IMG/VR virus record: IMGVR_UViG_3300031088_000758 | Source: a virus | Lineage: Duplodnaviria > Caudoviricetes | Length of the DNA: 64,000 nucleotides | Direction: 5' to 3' (one strand) | In this document: positions 47,418 through 57,929 of the stretch, piece after piece | Layout of the letters: every line of letters starts with the position of its first letter | Position numbering within the stretch: the first letter of the stretch is position 1 | Made by a program: the position numbers and the translations under genes | The notes under the pieces: model-generated | What the model was told of the DNA's origin: nothing | Databases searched by the model: none | The model's input: the letters and a program-made list of their open reading frames with translations, nothing else

Positions 47418-48517
47418 CTTTTTGCTATCCTTTTTCCTTCAAATAATGAAATGTATCTAGTTGGCTTAATTATTTTATTGTGTGACTCAATGTTTTTTAT
47501 TGTTTCATATATATCGAAACTGCCTGATGTTGAACCTTCGTAGTTCTTTAAAAACTCATAAAATGGACCATTAACATCTCGCATTAGATCTTTCCACTTA
47601 GCCGAAATTTGCTTGTATTCAGTGTTCTCCAAGCCTTCTATTATAGCGTTTATTGCTTCGGATATATTGTTCATTTTTAAATCAGATAACAAAACTGCTA
47701 TTGCTTCGGGTGTAAAATTATAAGCAGAAACAAAAGTTCCAATCAAAGTCTCTTCAAAAATAGGAGTGCTTGTCTCTGAAAGTTTGATTTCAGCACTATA
47801 ATCTTCTAATGGGTCCAGTAGATTAGTATGGTTAAGGTTCTGTTCAAAGTTTTCTTGTTCTTCAATAATACTGATAGTCATGTTTTGATTAACCGCATAA
47901 GGCTTATCTTCTTTTTCAAGTTTTCCGTTCATAGTCTTTAAATCGGCTTTACCTGAAATAAAGAAATCAAGAACTTCTTCATTTGTAGCATAACGACCAA
48001 TTGATTCGGAAAGTTTTTTACGCACAGCGGAAATTTTTTTGTATCTTTGAAAGCGCGAAGGAGCAATCCCAAATGGTGCTTCTAGAACATTCAATTCTTT
48101 TTTCGCATAAGTAACTATCCATTGGAACAAATAATTAGTAGAAGACTTGTTCAACTTATCTACGTCAAAATGACGGAGACCTTTAATCATTCCGTTTATA
48201 CCAGCATAGTATAGTATGTCAAATAAGTCCTCTCTACCATTCAAATGAGAACCTTTTATTATCTTATTTAATTCTCTTGTAATAAGAGGCCCTGCTAAGG
48301 AAGAAATTTTTTCTACTGCTAAATCTTTTAATCGTGCTTCAGTTTCCAGAAGATTTTTCTCAGCAGGTGATAAGTTTTCTGGCTCTTCTAAAAGTCTTTC
48401 AGCAGCTTCATCCCCACGTTGAAAGAAAGGAACATAATAGCGCAAAGCTTCTACTGTGATTCTGTCATTCGTATTCTTTCGAATGATCTTTGTAGGATTG
48501 ACTAAAGTTTCACTCAT
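47414..48517 (-). CDS. Divergent sigma70-family factor
   Basis: Region-2-like DILYYAGINGMIKGLRHFD..STNYLFQWI; region-3-like LSESIGRYATNEEV. Confidence 0.65.
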   Translation of the reverse strand: MSETLVNPTKIIRKNTNDRITVEALRYYVPFFQRGDEAAERLLEEPENLSPAEKNLLETEARLKDLAVEKISSLAGPLITRELNKIIKGSHLNGREDLFDILYYAGINGMIKGLRHFDVDKLNKSSTNYLFQWIVTYAKKELNVLEAPFGIAPSRFQRYKKISAVRKKLSESIGRYATNEEVLDFFISGKADLKTMNGKLEKEDKPYAVNQNMTISIIEEQENFEQNLNHTNLLDPLEDYSAEIKLSETSTPIFEETLIGTFVSAYNFTPEAIAVLLSDLKMNNISEAINAIIEGLENTEYKQISAKWKDLMRDVNGPFYEFLKNYEGSTSGSFDIYETIKNIESHNKIIKPTRYISLFEGKRIAKR

Positions 48518-50904
48518 ATACTTCTTCTTCCTTGTGAGTTGTTAAATGGATTAGTAGGTAATCTTCGAGGATTATTCACCGGAATACCAGGAGAACCAAT
48601 TTCACGAAGATTGCTCTCATCAGCATCAGTCCTAATATGACCAATCGAAGGAACCTTCTTTCGTGTTTCGCTTTTCAAGAATTCATTGACATCTTGACCA
48701 CGAATTTTACAATACTCTCTAAGGCTATCAGACATGTTTCCTTCTTTGTAAAAACTGTCAGTAGCTCTATCATAAAGATAAAGTGGCTGTGTTGATATCT
48801 GAGCGTCATCATTATTGCTCAAAGTTGTAGTTATTTCTTCAATATGGCTCACTCTGTGCTTTCCGCCAGGAAGAATTATTAACTGCACAATTAATTTAAC
48901 AGCAGAGGCAATGTCTGTATTGATAGATCGAATAGGAACCCCAGGTCTTGCTTCAGATGTAAAACCTGTCATCTTTCTCAAACATGCAGAAGGTGTTTCA
49001 GCGTGGATAGTAGTCATTCCACCTTCCATTCCTGAATTAGCAGCAATTAAATATCCTCCAAATTCTTTACCTCTTACTTCTCCAATAATCAGCCTATCAC
49101 ATCTGTTACGCATAAACTGAGCAACTACCCAATCCAATGTAGCAACTTCATTAGGATTCATACCAGGAGACCAAGGTGTGGAGTTTAGATACGTTGTATT
49201 AGGTAAATCAAATTTTAGTTCGGGAGTGTCCTCGGCAATTCCTAAACGTGTTTCCTTGGGAATGAATTTACCAAGAGCCTCAAGCATTGTAGTGTTATGA
49301 GTAGGTATAAAAGATTCTGTGATCAAATAAGTTGAATCAACTCCATCTACTGTTATACATGCCATTTCTTCACGTCTGTCTGTGATAGAAATAGATTTAA
49401 TGATTCTGTTTCTATCACGTGGTTTTTGATTTTCAACTAATTTAATATATTTCTCATACTTATCTTTTTTCCTAGGCAACATAGATAAAGTAATGCCACC
49501 AGACACATATAATCGCCATATAGGTTGATAATATTCATCAGTTGTTTTCTCTCGTTTTTTGAGATAAGGTTCTTGACTGATGGAAGTTCTTAGCCCCAAG
49601 CTTGAAGAAATTTCTCTTACATCATTTATTAAATCAAGATTTGAATTACAGAAAATAAACAAACGTTTATGGACAGTTCCATCACTATCCATAAGACCTG
49701 CTAAAAGGAGTCTACGTGCTTCAACAGAAGATTTTTTGTAAATTTCTGGAATGCTTTTTTTACTTCCTTTTTCTTGCTTTCCTACAAAGATGTCTAATTT
49801 TTGTAGATTCTTTTGCATATCCTTGATATCAAACTTCCAGCGTCTACCATTGCTTCCAACAGGCTCAAGTTTTGAATCAATTCCAAGTTGTTCAAAGATT
49901 TTGACGTATTCTTTTCTGTCATCAGGATGGGCAGTCAGTCGTACAGAATTTGAATCTCCGTCTCCAAGCCATAATCCCAAGACGTAAGGATGAATAGGAA
50001 GTTCCTCTATATCCAAAGAGTCAAAGTATTCGACAGGTTTTTCTAAAATTGGAACATTGAAAGATCTTATCCCATAGTGCTTAATGTTTTTGGACTCTTG
50101 AAGCATTTCATCTGTTGTTTTAACTACATGTAAAGGGTTATCTTTCAATCTTGAATCAGAAACATATTTATCAAATTCATTAATTTTTCTGCTTTTTTGC
50201 GTGCTTACTAACCAATTATGCTCAGCATCACAATATACTTTTTCACCCGTGTTGAATTCGACTTCATATACTTGTCTAGCTGGTTGTGGGAATTTATGAG
50301 TGACTTTAACTACGTTGCCAAAACGATCAAAAACCTCATCACCAACTTTAATCTCACCCATTGTGGACCATCCTGATGGTGTAGGTATTTTGGTGTCTAG
50401 TGTCACGCTTTTACCAGCTCCGGTGGCACCTGAAATTACCATTGTGATGTTAGCTTCAACAGCCATCCTAAGGAATTTACGCATCTCATCACTCATGGAA
50501 CCAGCTGCAGCAATAGCATCTAAACTTAGCAAAGATGTAGTCTTCTTAGCAATAGTAACTTGAGGATAATCAGAAGCAGGTGGAAGTACAATATGACAAC
50601 GACCTCTAACTTCTACTTCTCCTACTTCGTATTCTAATCTTCCTTCGAAAATAAAGCTCTCTCGACTAAAAACGTTCTGACTTTTTACAAAAGGAACCAA
50701 CCCGTGTTGTATACCATTAAAATATGTTTCTTCAGTCATACGCGGAATATTGCTAATAGCTATTCTTTTTCCTGCTCGCTTCATGAAAAACTGATCAGGT
50801 CCATTAGCTGCAATCTCTGAAACTTTTGGATCTAAAAGTAGATTGAAAATAACATTCCACTCAGGGGAACGAGTTATTTGATAATTTTGCTCCAAGATAA
50901 TCAA
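48514..50904 (-). CDS. CpaF/TadA/VirB11-family secretion ATPase with intein
   Basis: VSEIAANGP, ISGATGAGK|TTML, IAEDTPEL, RCDRLIIGEVRG, GGMTTIHA. Confidence 0.93.
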   Translation of the reverse strand: MIILEQNYQITRSPEWNVIFNLLLDPKVSEIAANGPDQFFMKRAGKRIAISNIPRMTEETYFNGIQHGLVPFVKSQNVFSRESFIFEGRLEYEVGEVEVRGRCHIVLPPASDYPQVTIAKKTTSLLSLDAIAAAGSMSDEMRKFLRMAVEANITMVISGATGAGKSVTLDTKIPTPSGWSTMGEIKVGDEVFDRFGNVVKVTHKFPQPARQVYEVEFNTGEKVYCDAEHNWLVSTQKSRKINEFDKYVSDSRLKDNPLHVVKTTDEMLQESKNIKHYGIRSFNVPILEKPVEYFDSLDIEELPIHPYVLGLWLGDGDSNSVRLTAHPDDRKEYVKIFEQLGIDSKLEPVGSNGRRWKFDIKDMQKNLQKLDIFVGKQEKGSKKSIPEIYKKSSVEARRLLLAGLMDSDGTVHKRLFIFCNSNLDLINDVREISSSLGLRTSISQEPYLKKREKTTDEYYQPIWRLYVSGGITLSMLPRKKDKYEKYIKLVENQKPRDRNRIIKSISITDRREEMACITVDGVDSTYLITESFIPTHNTTMLEALGKFIPKETRLGIAEDTPELKFDLPNTTYLNSTPWSPGMNPNEVATLDWVVAQFMRNRCDRLIIGEVRGKEFGGYLIAANSGMEGGMTTIHAETPSACLRKMTGFTSEARPGVPIRSINTDIASAVKLIVQLIILPGGKHRVSHIEEITTTLSNNDDAQISTQPLYLYDRATDSFYKEGNMSDSLREYCKIRGQDVNEFLKSETRKKVPSIGHIRTDADESNLREIGSPGIPVNNPRRLPTNPFNNSQGRRSI
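49294..50409 (-). mobile_element. 372-aa intein with LAGLIDADG homing endonuclease, inserted in Walker A
   Basis: SVTLDTKIPTPSGW..CDAEHNW..LGLWLGDG..LAGLMDSDG..CITVD..IPTHN|T. Confidence 0.95.
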
Positions 50905-50964
50905 TCTCCTATCAAGATTAAACTAAGATTATTTATACATATACTAATATCTTTTAACTACATT

Positions 50965-53247
50965 TCAGGACAATTCAACCACTTTATCCGCTATCGAATC
51001 CAAAGATTCGTTATGAGCAATCATAATAACCTGCCCTTGACACACTTCTTTAATAGTAGAAATGCTCAAATCAGCACGATTAGAGTCTTGTGAAACGAAC
51101 ACCTCATCAAGAATAATAGGGTTTTTTGAACCGGACCCATTTAACAGCATTGAAATAGAAATTAAAAGAGCAATAGAAGATAAGGATAGTTCTCCACCAG
51201 ACAAAGAGCCTACAGAACGGGTTTTTCCATTTGATAGAACAACTTTGGTGTTAAATTTGTCGTCCATTTTAATTCCTGTGAACTTTCCTTCTGTAAATCT
51301 TGTTATTAAATCAGAAGCGTAAGATTCTATAATAGGGACAGAATTATTAATTCTATCCTTTTTGAATTCTTCAATAACTTGTACAGTAGCTTTAGCAATC
51401 TCACGACTATTAAGAAGTGCTTTGTAGCTCTTTACTTCTTTTTCTAAGTTTTCAATGTTTTGCTCAAGATTATTGATCTTTTCTTTGAAAACTTTTAAAT
51501 CGCCTGATGATTCAGTGTAAGCAATAGAATCAGAATTATATGAGTCATGAGCTGATGCCATTTTTTTGCGCACAGATTCTAAAGCTGATTCACTAATAGC
51601 ACCTGATTGTTTTATTGAATCCTGTATACTATTGAGTTCACCTTTCATAGTGTTGATGGCTTCAGCTAGCTTCTTAATTCGTGTAACCAAATTATCATAA
51701 GATTCTTTTTTGTCCGCTTGTTTCTTTGCTTCATCGTAAACTTTTGTGAGAGCATCTATTTCAGCTTCAGAAGCAACAATAGTAGCTTTAAGCTTGTCCC
51801 TTTTATCACTGTTATCTTTTATTTCGCTGTTAAGTGTTTCTGTTTCTTCTAATGCTTCGACAAGTAGAGTGAATTTTTCTACAAGATTTTCTGTTTTATC
51901 ACATGTTTCACTTAATGAAGAGATTTCTGAATCATTGCTATCAATCTTTTCATTGATTTCTTCTTTTTGTTTGTTAAGCATTTCTACTGCTGCTTTAGCA
52001 TCTTCAACATCTTGCAAACAAGTAGGGCATGTTCCTTTATCACTTGAAAGAACACGAATAGCTCTTTCAAGTTTTTTGATTTCAGAATTTAAAGAAATAT
52101 TTGAATCATGATGGTCATTAATTTTGTTTTTTAACTGTTCAACTTTTGCTTCTGCTTTGTACTGAGAGTTAGAAGCGTCCTGTAGTGTTTTGACAGTAGA
52201 TTTTTCCAATAAACTTTTATGTTGAGTAATCTTGTCTTCCGATTTTTTAATGTCTCTAATAAGTTCATTATATTGGACTTGCTTAGAGTTTAAATCACGT
52301 CTAAGTGTTTTTATTTGCGTCTCTAATTCTTCAACATTACTTCCTGCAACAACTAAGGACAATTGTTTTTTCTGAATGTCTTTTTCTTTTACTAATTCTT
52401 CTAAATTTTCTTCGTATGTTTCAATTTTAGCATTTAAAAAGTTTTCTCTCTTGCGGTTATTGTCGTTATCCTGTATTTTTTGGTATTCTTCTTCAACCTG
52501 TGTAGACAGTTTCGTGTACAAAGCCTTGCTTTTTTGAGATTTGAGCTGCAAATCTTCTACTTTTTTAGTTTCCTTCGCTAAATCAGCTACAAGTTTTGAA
52601 TATTCTTTTTTCTTTTCGACTACTTCTTTTTCGTCTACGTCTAATGCATTGACTGTTTTATTGATTACATTATACTCTTGCCTTGCTTCGGTTAATGCAT
52701 TACTAATAGAAGATATTCCAGTCAGTTTCTCAATAACCGCAGCTCTTTCTCTGGCCGTTGCTGAAATCAACTTATCAACTTCTTTTTGCTGTATTAAAAT
52801 AGCCGTAAGAAACCCTTTTTCATCCATTCTTAAAATTTTTCGAATGTAAATTTCAGCATGAGATACTGCTGGTCCAGCTTGGTGTCTGTCTTCTGACTCT
52901 TTTGTTTCTTCGTCCACAAAATGTTCAACTACATTACATTCAGTTTTTCCTTTTTTGTCAAGCATTTTTCGTTCAACCGTAAAATGTCTTCCATCCACGG
53001 TTAACTCTACTTTGACGAAACATTTGTCTTTCGGGAACGAAGCCTCTTCATTATATAAGTCTATTGCTTTTGACACACCTGGTGGTTTAGTTCCATATAA
53101 TGCCCATGCAATGCTGTCTACAATTGTAGATTTACCTGTACCATTAGCTCCACGAATAGCAGTCACACCTTCGCTATTAGGGATAAAAACAAAATGCTTA
53201 TGCGCTTGAATATTCGAAATTTCTACTTGTTTAATATTTATACTCAT
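50965..53247 (-). CDS. sbcC: SbcC/Rad50-like SMC ATPase
   Basis: GANGTGKS, long coiled coil with CPTC zinc hook, LSGGE, IILDEVF, IAH. Confidence 0.9.
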   Translation of the reverse strand: MSINIKQVEISNIQAHKHFVFIPNSEGVTAIRGANGTGKSTIVDSIAWALYGTKPPGVSKAIDLYNEEASFPKDKCFVKVELTVDGRHFTVERKMLDKKGKTECNVVEHFVDEETKESEDRHQAGPAVSHAEIYIRKILRMDEKGFLTAILIQQKEVDKLISATARERAAVIEKLTGISSISNALTEARQEYNVINKTVNALDVDEKEVVEKKKEYSKLVADLAKETKKVEDLQLKSQKSKALYTKLSTQVEEEYQKIQDNDNNRKRENFLNAKIETYEENLEELVKEKDIQKKQLSLVVAGSNVEELETQIKTLRRDLNSKQVQYNELIRDIKKSEDKITQHKSLLEKSTVKTLQDASNSQYKAEAKVEQLKNKINDHHDSNISLNSEIKKLERAIRVLSSDKGTCPTCLQDVEDAKAAVEMLNKQKEEINEKIDSNDSEISSLSETCDKTENLVEKFTLLVEALEETETLNSEIKDNSDKRDKLKATIVASEAEIDALTKVYDEAKKQADKKESYDNLVTRIKKLAEAINTMKGELNSIQDSIKQSGAISESALESVRKKMASAHDSYNSDSIAYTESSGDLKVFKEKINNLEQNIENLEKEVKSYKALLNSREIAKATVQVIEEFKKDRINNSVPIIESYASDLITRFTEGKFTGIKMDDKFNTKVVLSNGKTRSVGSLSGGELSLSSIALLISISMLLNGSGSKNPIILDEVFVSQDSNRADLSISTIKEVCQGQVIMIAHNESLDSIADKVVELS

Positions 53248-53439
53248 CTAACCCTCTTGCTTCTTGACACAGATACATGTTTCAACTTTTATTTTAACAA
53301 TTAATGAGTTAATTTATTCAAAATAGTCTGACTTAAAATCCAGATATTAAAATCGTTCTAATGAATTCTAAGATGAATTATTAACGTAAACAATCCCAGG
53401 ATACGTAAATAGGGTTTTTCGAAAAAACCTTTGAATATA

Positions 53440-53496
53440 AGAATTCTATGCCTAAAAAAGAGCCAATTTTAAAGGGTTTTTTAGGCATAGAATTCT
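53440..53496. terminator. Long hairpin / terminator
   Basis: 20-bp inverted repeat AGAATTCTATGCCTAAAAAA / TTTTTTAGGCATAGAATTCT. Confidence 0.7.
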
Positions 53497-53535
53497 AAGG
53501 CATTTTAAAGAATATATAATTAATCGTTTTTGCTT

Positions 53536-54357
53536 TTATTCAGTGGGTACAGAAGGAACTATCGACTCACCGTTTTGTTGTTGTTGAATTGTTGCTGAAA
53601 GATTAATTATATTCAATAATGAGTATGGTGAAAGTTTCCACTCTCCATCAGTGTATACTAGCTCTAAACTAAAAGAAGCACCAGGTGAGTAAAAAGCGGA
53701 TATAGGAACATATGCTACACCTATCTCCTGATCCAAATAAACCTCTTGCCACACTTCTTCATTAACTGGGTTAAAATCTTCTTCCTCAAGATAAGATGAT
53801 AGGATTATCAAAGCTTGATAGGTTGTATTTTGCAGACTAGGGTCACTTTCAAAATCATCTTTAAATCTCATCTTATTTTTCAAATCATCTGAAACAACAG
53901 AATTGTCCCCATCTTCTAAAGCTTCAACTCGTTCTTCAGGAGATAATCCATCAGGGCTTTTTGAAGCTTCTTCTAAAATTAATTGAGCAGAAGATAACGC
54001 ATCTTTTTTATCTTGCTCTATTGTTTTTCCAGAAATAGAATATTCAACCTGTTCAACTTTGACATCAGAGCTAGGTTCATTTAACTGAGATGTATTATTC
54101 TTAGAAGTAGCATAATATACAACCCAAAGTCCTGAAATTACTAACAACATACTTAAAACCAAAACTATCCCAAGCGTTTTTTTCTTAATACTTACAGAAG
54201 AAGAGTTTCCAGGCACTATTTTCTCTTGATCAAAAGTTTTATCTTCTAAAGAGGATTCTAATTCTTGTATTTTACTATAGCTTGAAGAAGATTTTTTATT
54301 TTTTGTGTTTTTAGAATTACTTTTTGTCATCATTATCTTCCTCAGGTGTAGTCTCAC
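53536..54357 (-). CDS. Bitopic membrane protein
   Basis: Single TM; extracytoplasmic domain ending LVYTDGEWKL; true start probably near 54330. Confidence 0.75.
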   Translation of the reverse strand: MRLHLRKIMMTKSNSKNTKNKKSSSSYSKIQELESSLEDKTFDQEKIVPGNSSSVSIKKKTLGIVLVLSMLLVISGLWVVYYATSKNNTSQLNEPSSDVKVEQVEYSISGKTIEQDKKDALSSAQLILEEASKSPDGLSPEERVEALEDGDNSVVSDDLKNKMRFKDDFESDPSLQNTTYQALIILSSYLEEEDFNPVNEEVWQEVYLDQEIGVAYVPISAFYSPGASFSLELVYTDGEWKLSPYSLLNIINLSATIQQQQNGESIVPSVPTE

Positions 54358-54895
54358 TATTTAGGTTCTTATTTAGTCTTTTGTTCTTTCTTTTATTTTT
54401 GACTAATTTTTTATTTCTTTTCCATTGAGCAATTTTTACAGAAAAGAAATTATCGTACAAGATTACTAACATAGCGATAAAGAAAAATAGGGTAAATATT
54501 GCTGCTACTATCAACCATCTGTTGTCATATATAGTAGCAACAGTAGCCACCCATTCGAACCCCATGCCAGCTGCTGCATCTTTTACTTCTTTTCCTGTAG
54601 GATCATTTGCTAACCATTCTAATGTTCCTGAACCGAACATGGCTTCAACCCTAAATAAAAGAAACATTAGTAGAGCACTGAACAAAATTGGAGCTACCAT
54701 AAAAGCAGCTGCCCAATGAGCCGGGTTTTTGTAAGCCGGGACTCTATGTTTTTGTTTTTTTATGGGTGCTGAGACTGTTTTAACTTTATAGTCAGAAGAA
54801 TCATTTTTATTCAAATCTTTTGATAGCTCAAGATTATCTTGGTATTCTAATGTATCTTCTATAAAAGCAATCTCTTCATTTGTTAAATCTTTCAT
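54317..54895 (-). CDS. Membrane protein (2 TM)
   Basis: Two hydrophobic segments, basic C-tail. Confidence 0.75.
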   Translation of the reverse strand: MKDLTNEEIAFIEDTLEYQDNLELSKDLNKNDSSDYKVKTVSAPIKKQKHRVPAYKNPAHWAAAFMVAPILFSALLMFLLFRVEAMFGSGTLEWLANDPTGKEVKDAAAGMGFEWVATVATIYDNRWLIVAAIFTLFFFIAMLVILYDNFFSVKIAQWKRNKKLVKNKRKNKRLNKNLNSETTPEEDNDDKK

Positions 54896-54905
54896 AATCT
54901 TACAC

Positions 54906-56189
54906 TCACTCTACGCCAAAATTTGCGCCTAATTCTTGAATGAAAACTTCTGAAACTGTATCTAACTGAGCCATATTAATTTCAGCAACATCAATCTGAG
55001 ACAGAATACTGAACGCATCTTCATATAAACCTGTTGAACATGCAGTTTCAACAACTGCTCGACTTATTTTATGTGCCAATGCTATATTTGTTGACGTAGA
55101 TAATTCTTCAACTGTCAGCTCTGGTGCTTTTTCATCGCTGTTTTCATCCCATGTCAAACTTGTAGGCTTGCGAGACTTGCTCCATACTTTATGTTTTTCT
55201 TCCAAATCGTTGAAATGATACTGGTCCATCTCCATAGCCTGAGCTAATTCAATGTTCGTAAAGTTTTTTTCATCTCCATGCTTTTCTTTTAGTCTCTCCA
55301 CAGCTTTTGAACGTTGGCGCTGGAATTGACTTAAATCTTTGCCCAAGTGTGCAGGTGGAAGGTCATAAGGCCAACGTTTTAGAACAGAATTTAAATAACC
55401 ACTGAAAGGAACCGCTGTTGATTCATCAAATTTTTCAATAGCTGCTAGAACCCACAGAGTAATTTGTGATTCTTGATCTTCTGGATCAGGCAAGAATATT
55501 TGAATAGTTTCCATCTCTTTTTTCACTAATGTTCTAGCGAAAGATTTATAGAACATCACTAAATCATTAGCAAACTGATCACTAAAGTCTACTATTTCTC
55601 GTCTTTTAGCTTCAGCCCTTGAGTAAGTTTTCCTATTTAACCCTTTTAGCATGTCTTTGTATTCGTCTTCTTGTTCAAGGGTTTTAAGAGTATCTTCAAT
55701 GATTTTTTTGACAGTAGCTGCATGTAGGCAGTAAGCTTTGTATCTTCCAGGTTCGAACTCTCGGATTTTTGCTATTCCTCGTAAAGCTTCGCTTACTCTA
55801 GTGGCTATTTTACTATTAGCAGAAAAAGATACAATTCCTATTTCACGAAGTGGAGCATCCATGAATCCTTCGGCTTCTGTCATATCATCCCAAATTCGAG
55901 GGGGAAAGATAGAATCTATTAGTTGGACACCAATTTCTAGATTATGATCTTTATACCATTTTTGAATAGATTCATGTGGGAAACGATACGATTTAGCTCC
56001 TGTTTCGGATTGGATTAAAGAACCATCAGCTAAATGTTTTTCAATCCAATCATTAATCTCTTCTTCTGAAACTTTAGCTATTTTTCGCCATTTCGTTAAA
56101 GAATACCACATTCCATCTGAAACTACTGCACCAATACGAAAGTCTACAGGTTGGTGTTTTAACGTTGTCTTAGTAAAAAGTGCGCTCAT
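54906..56189 (-). CDS. Divergent sigma70-family protein with long N-terminal extension
   Basis: WVLAAIEKFDESTAVPFSGYL (region 2), FTNIELAQAMEMD (region 3), PTSLTWD. Confidence 0.65.
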   Translation of the reverse strand: MSALFTKTTLKHQPVDFRIGAVVSDGMWYSLTKWRKIAKVSEEEINDWIEKHLADGSLIQSETGAKSYRFPHESIQKWYKDHNLEIGVQLIDSIFPPRIWDDMTEAEGFMDAPLREIGIVSFSANSKIATRVSEALRGIAKIREFEPGRYKAYCLHAATVKKIIEDTLKTLEQEDEYKDMLKGLNRKTYSRAEAKRREIVDFSDQFANDLVMFYKSFARTLVKKEMETIQIFLPDPEDQESQITLWVLAAIEKFDESTAVPFSGYLNSVLKRWPYDLPPAHLGKDLSQFQRQRSKAVERLKEKHGDEKNFTNIELAQAMEMDQYHFNDLEEKHKVWSKSRKPTSLTWDENSDEKAPELTVEELSTSTNIALAHKISRAVVETACSTGLYEDAFSILSQIDVAEINMAQLDTVSEVFIQELGANFGVE

Positions 56190-56569
56190 TTATTTACTCC
56201 ATCTTTGTTGCTAACTTTAACAGTTGAACCGAGATTGTGTTTTCTGGACTCAATGATGTTATCCAATTCTTCGCTATCCACCTGTGTAAAGTGTGGTAGC
56301 ATTTCACTTGTTTTTTCAAATAATTTATGTAATTTATTAAAAAATGTTTCATTATCTTTGTCATTAGACACAAGAAGTGGTTGCTGTATCTTATATATTA
56401 TTTCAAACCCATTATCATTTTCGCTTTTTACCAAACGATTACTCTCATTCTTGAATAATTCATACATAGAAGTTTCTACAATTTTTTGAGATAGCTCAGT
56501 AGAACTATCGTTTGAAATATGAAAAGCAACAAAAATAGATAAATCATTGTGAGTACTGTTTTGTTTCAT
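56186..56569 (-). CDS. Hypothetical protein
   Basis: 127 aa, ATGA overlap with downstream sigma-like gene. Confidence 0.7.
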   Translation of the reverse strand: MKQNSTHNDLSIFVAFHISNDSSTELSQKIVETSMYELFKNESNRLVKSENDNGFEIIYKIQQPLLVSNDKDNETFFNKLHKLFEKTSEMLPHFTQVDSEELDNIIESRKHNLGSTVKVSNKDGVNK

Positions 56570-56636
56570 ATAGGCTCCGTCTATTCATTGTTAATTCTTA
56601 GTGGTCTAAACAAATTATAACAATAAAAATATAAAA

Positions 56637-56672
56637 TAGTAGGAACCTGCGAAAATAAGCAGGTTCCTACTA
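56637..56672 (-). terminator. Intrinsic terminator
   Basis: TAGTAGGAACCTGC / GCAGGTTCCTACTA plus T-run. Confidence 0.8.
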
Positions 56673-56693
56673 AGTTTTTTTAAAAATTTATTA

Positions 56694-57593
56694 TCAAGAA
56701 GATATAAAATCTTCAAAACTTAAATCAAGCTCTTTCATGTCTCTATTTATCTCTGATAATGCTAAAGTTAATATTCGTTTATACTTAGAAGCTGAAAGGT
56801 TATACTTTTCTTTGACTTTCTTAGGAGTGGTAGGTTCATATCCTGGAATGTTGTCCATAGAAAATTGTGAGAGAACTACTTCTCTTTCAATGTCTTTCAT
56901 TTCGTTTAATTTATCTACTAATATTTGGAAAGTTGCGTCCATAACAACTACTGACTCTGCTGAATCAGCTGTATCATCAAGAACAAGTTCAATTAGTTCT
57001 TTATTAGATTCTTCATCTACTGTTCGGTTTAAGCTGGCTGGTATAGAAGCTGCTCCATTGATGAAGAACATGTCATCACGAGATAGTTTAAGCTCTTCCA
57101 TGATTCTTTCGTCAATGTCAAGCTTGTTCATGCCTTCTTCTTTGTACTGATTGCGAAGTCTTGAGATTTTTGTATAATCAGTTACTCGGTTTTCAGGAAG
57201 TTTTACTAATCGACCAGTTTTATTTGTCCATCGTGTAATACTTTGGAAAATCCAATAAGTTGCGACGGTGGAAAGTTTGTTGCCACGTTCAGGTGCGTAT
57301 CTCATAATGGCTGTTACTAGACCTGCCATTCCTTCTTGGACTAAATCTTCCATAGCTGGTGCACTAGGGTATTTAGACTTAAAATTACGCGCTATGTTCC
57401 ACACTAAGCCTGTGTTAGACTCTACTAGTTTTGCTACTGCTTCTTCGCCATGAAAAATTTGTTCTTTGTAGCTTCTTAATTCTCTTTTTGTAAGACCAGG
57501 TTCTTTAATTTGTTCTTTTGCTTTGACCATAGATTGAACAATTGAACCTAAACGAAGTTCTTCTTCTTTTGACAAATGTTGCGCTTTACTCAT
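56694..57593 (-). CDS. RNA polymerase sigma70-family factor (RpoD/SigB-like)
   Basis: LSKEEELRL (1.2), LVESNTGLVWNIA, EDLVQEGMAGL, RGNKLSTVATYWIFQSI, RLVKLP, ASLN, region 4 helix. Confidence 0.92.
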   Translation of the reverse strand: MSKAQHLSKEEELRLGSIVQSMVKAKEQIKEPGLTKRELRSYKEQIFHGEEAVAKLVESNTGLVWNIARNFKSKYPSAPAMEDLVQEGMAGLVTAIMRYAPERGNKLSTVATYWIFQSITRWTNKTGRLVKLPENRVTDYTKISRLRNQYKEEGMNKLDIDERIMEELKLSRDDMFFINGAASIPASLNRTVDEESNKELIELVLDDTADSAESVVVMDATFQILVDKLNEMKDIEREVVLSQFSMDNIPGYEPTTPKKVKEKYNLSASKYKRILTLALSEINRDMKELDLSFEDFISS

Positions 57594-57929
57594 CTCTTAC
57601 CACCTTTTTTATCTACTTACTCAGAATATTTTTTGTGCAGCTTTTCTTCTAACTTTAGCCACACCATATTTATTTCACTTTTAGGAGAGATCAAGCCAAC
57701 ATATTAAGAAAATTAGCTTTATCTACTCATATAAATATCAGTAAAACCTCAAAATCTGAAATCTTAAAAATACTTATTTTTAAAAGAGAACAAGGGACAT
57801 TATATTATTAATACTTTTAAAAAGTCAAATTCAAATGGGGCTTTATTCAAATATTTACCATTTCGTTATAATGATGATAAAATAAAAGAATGACGAATAT
57901 TACATTATGGTTTATAGTAATTTAATAAA

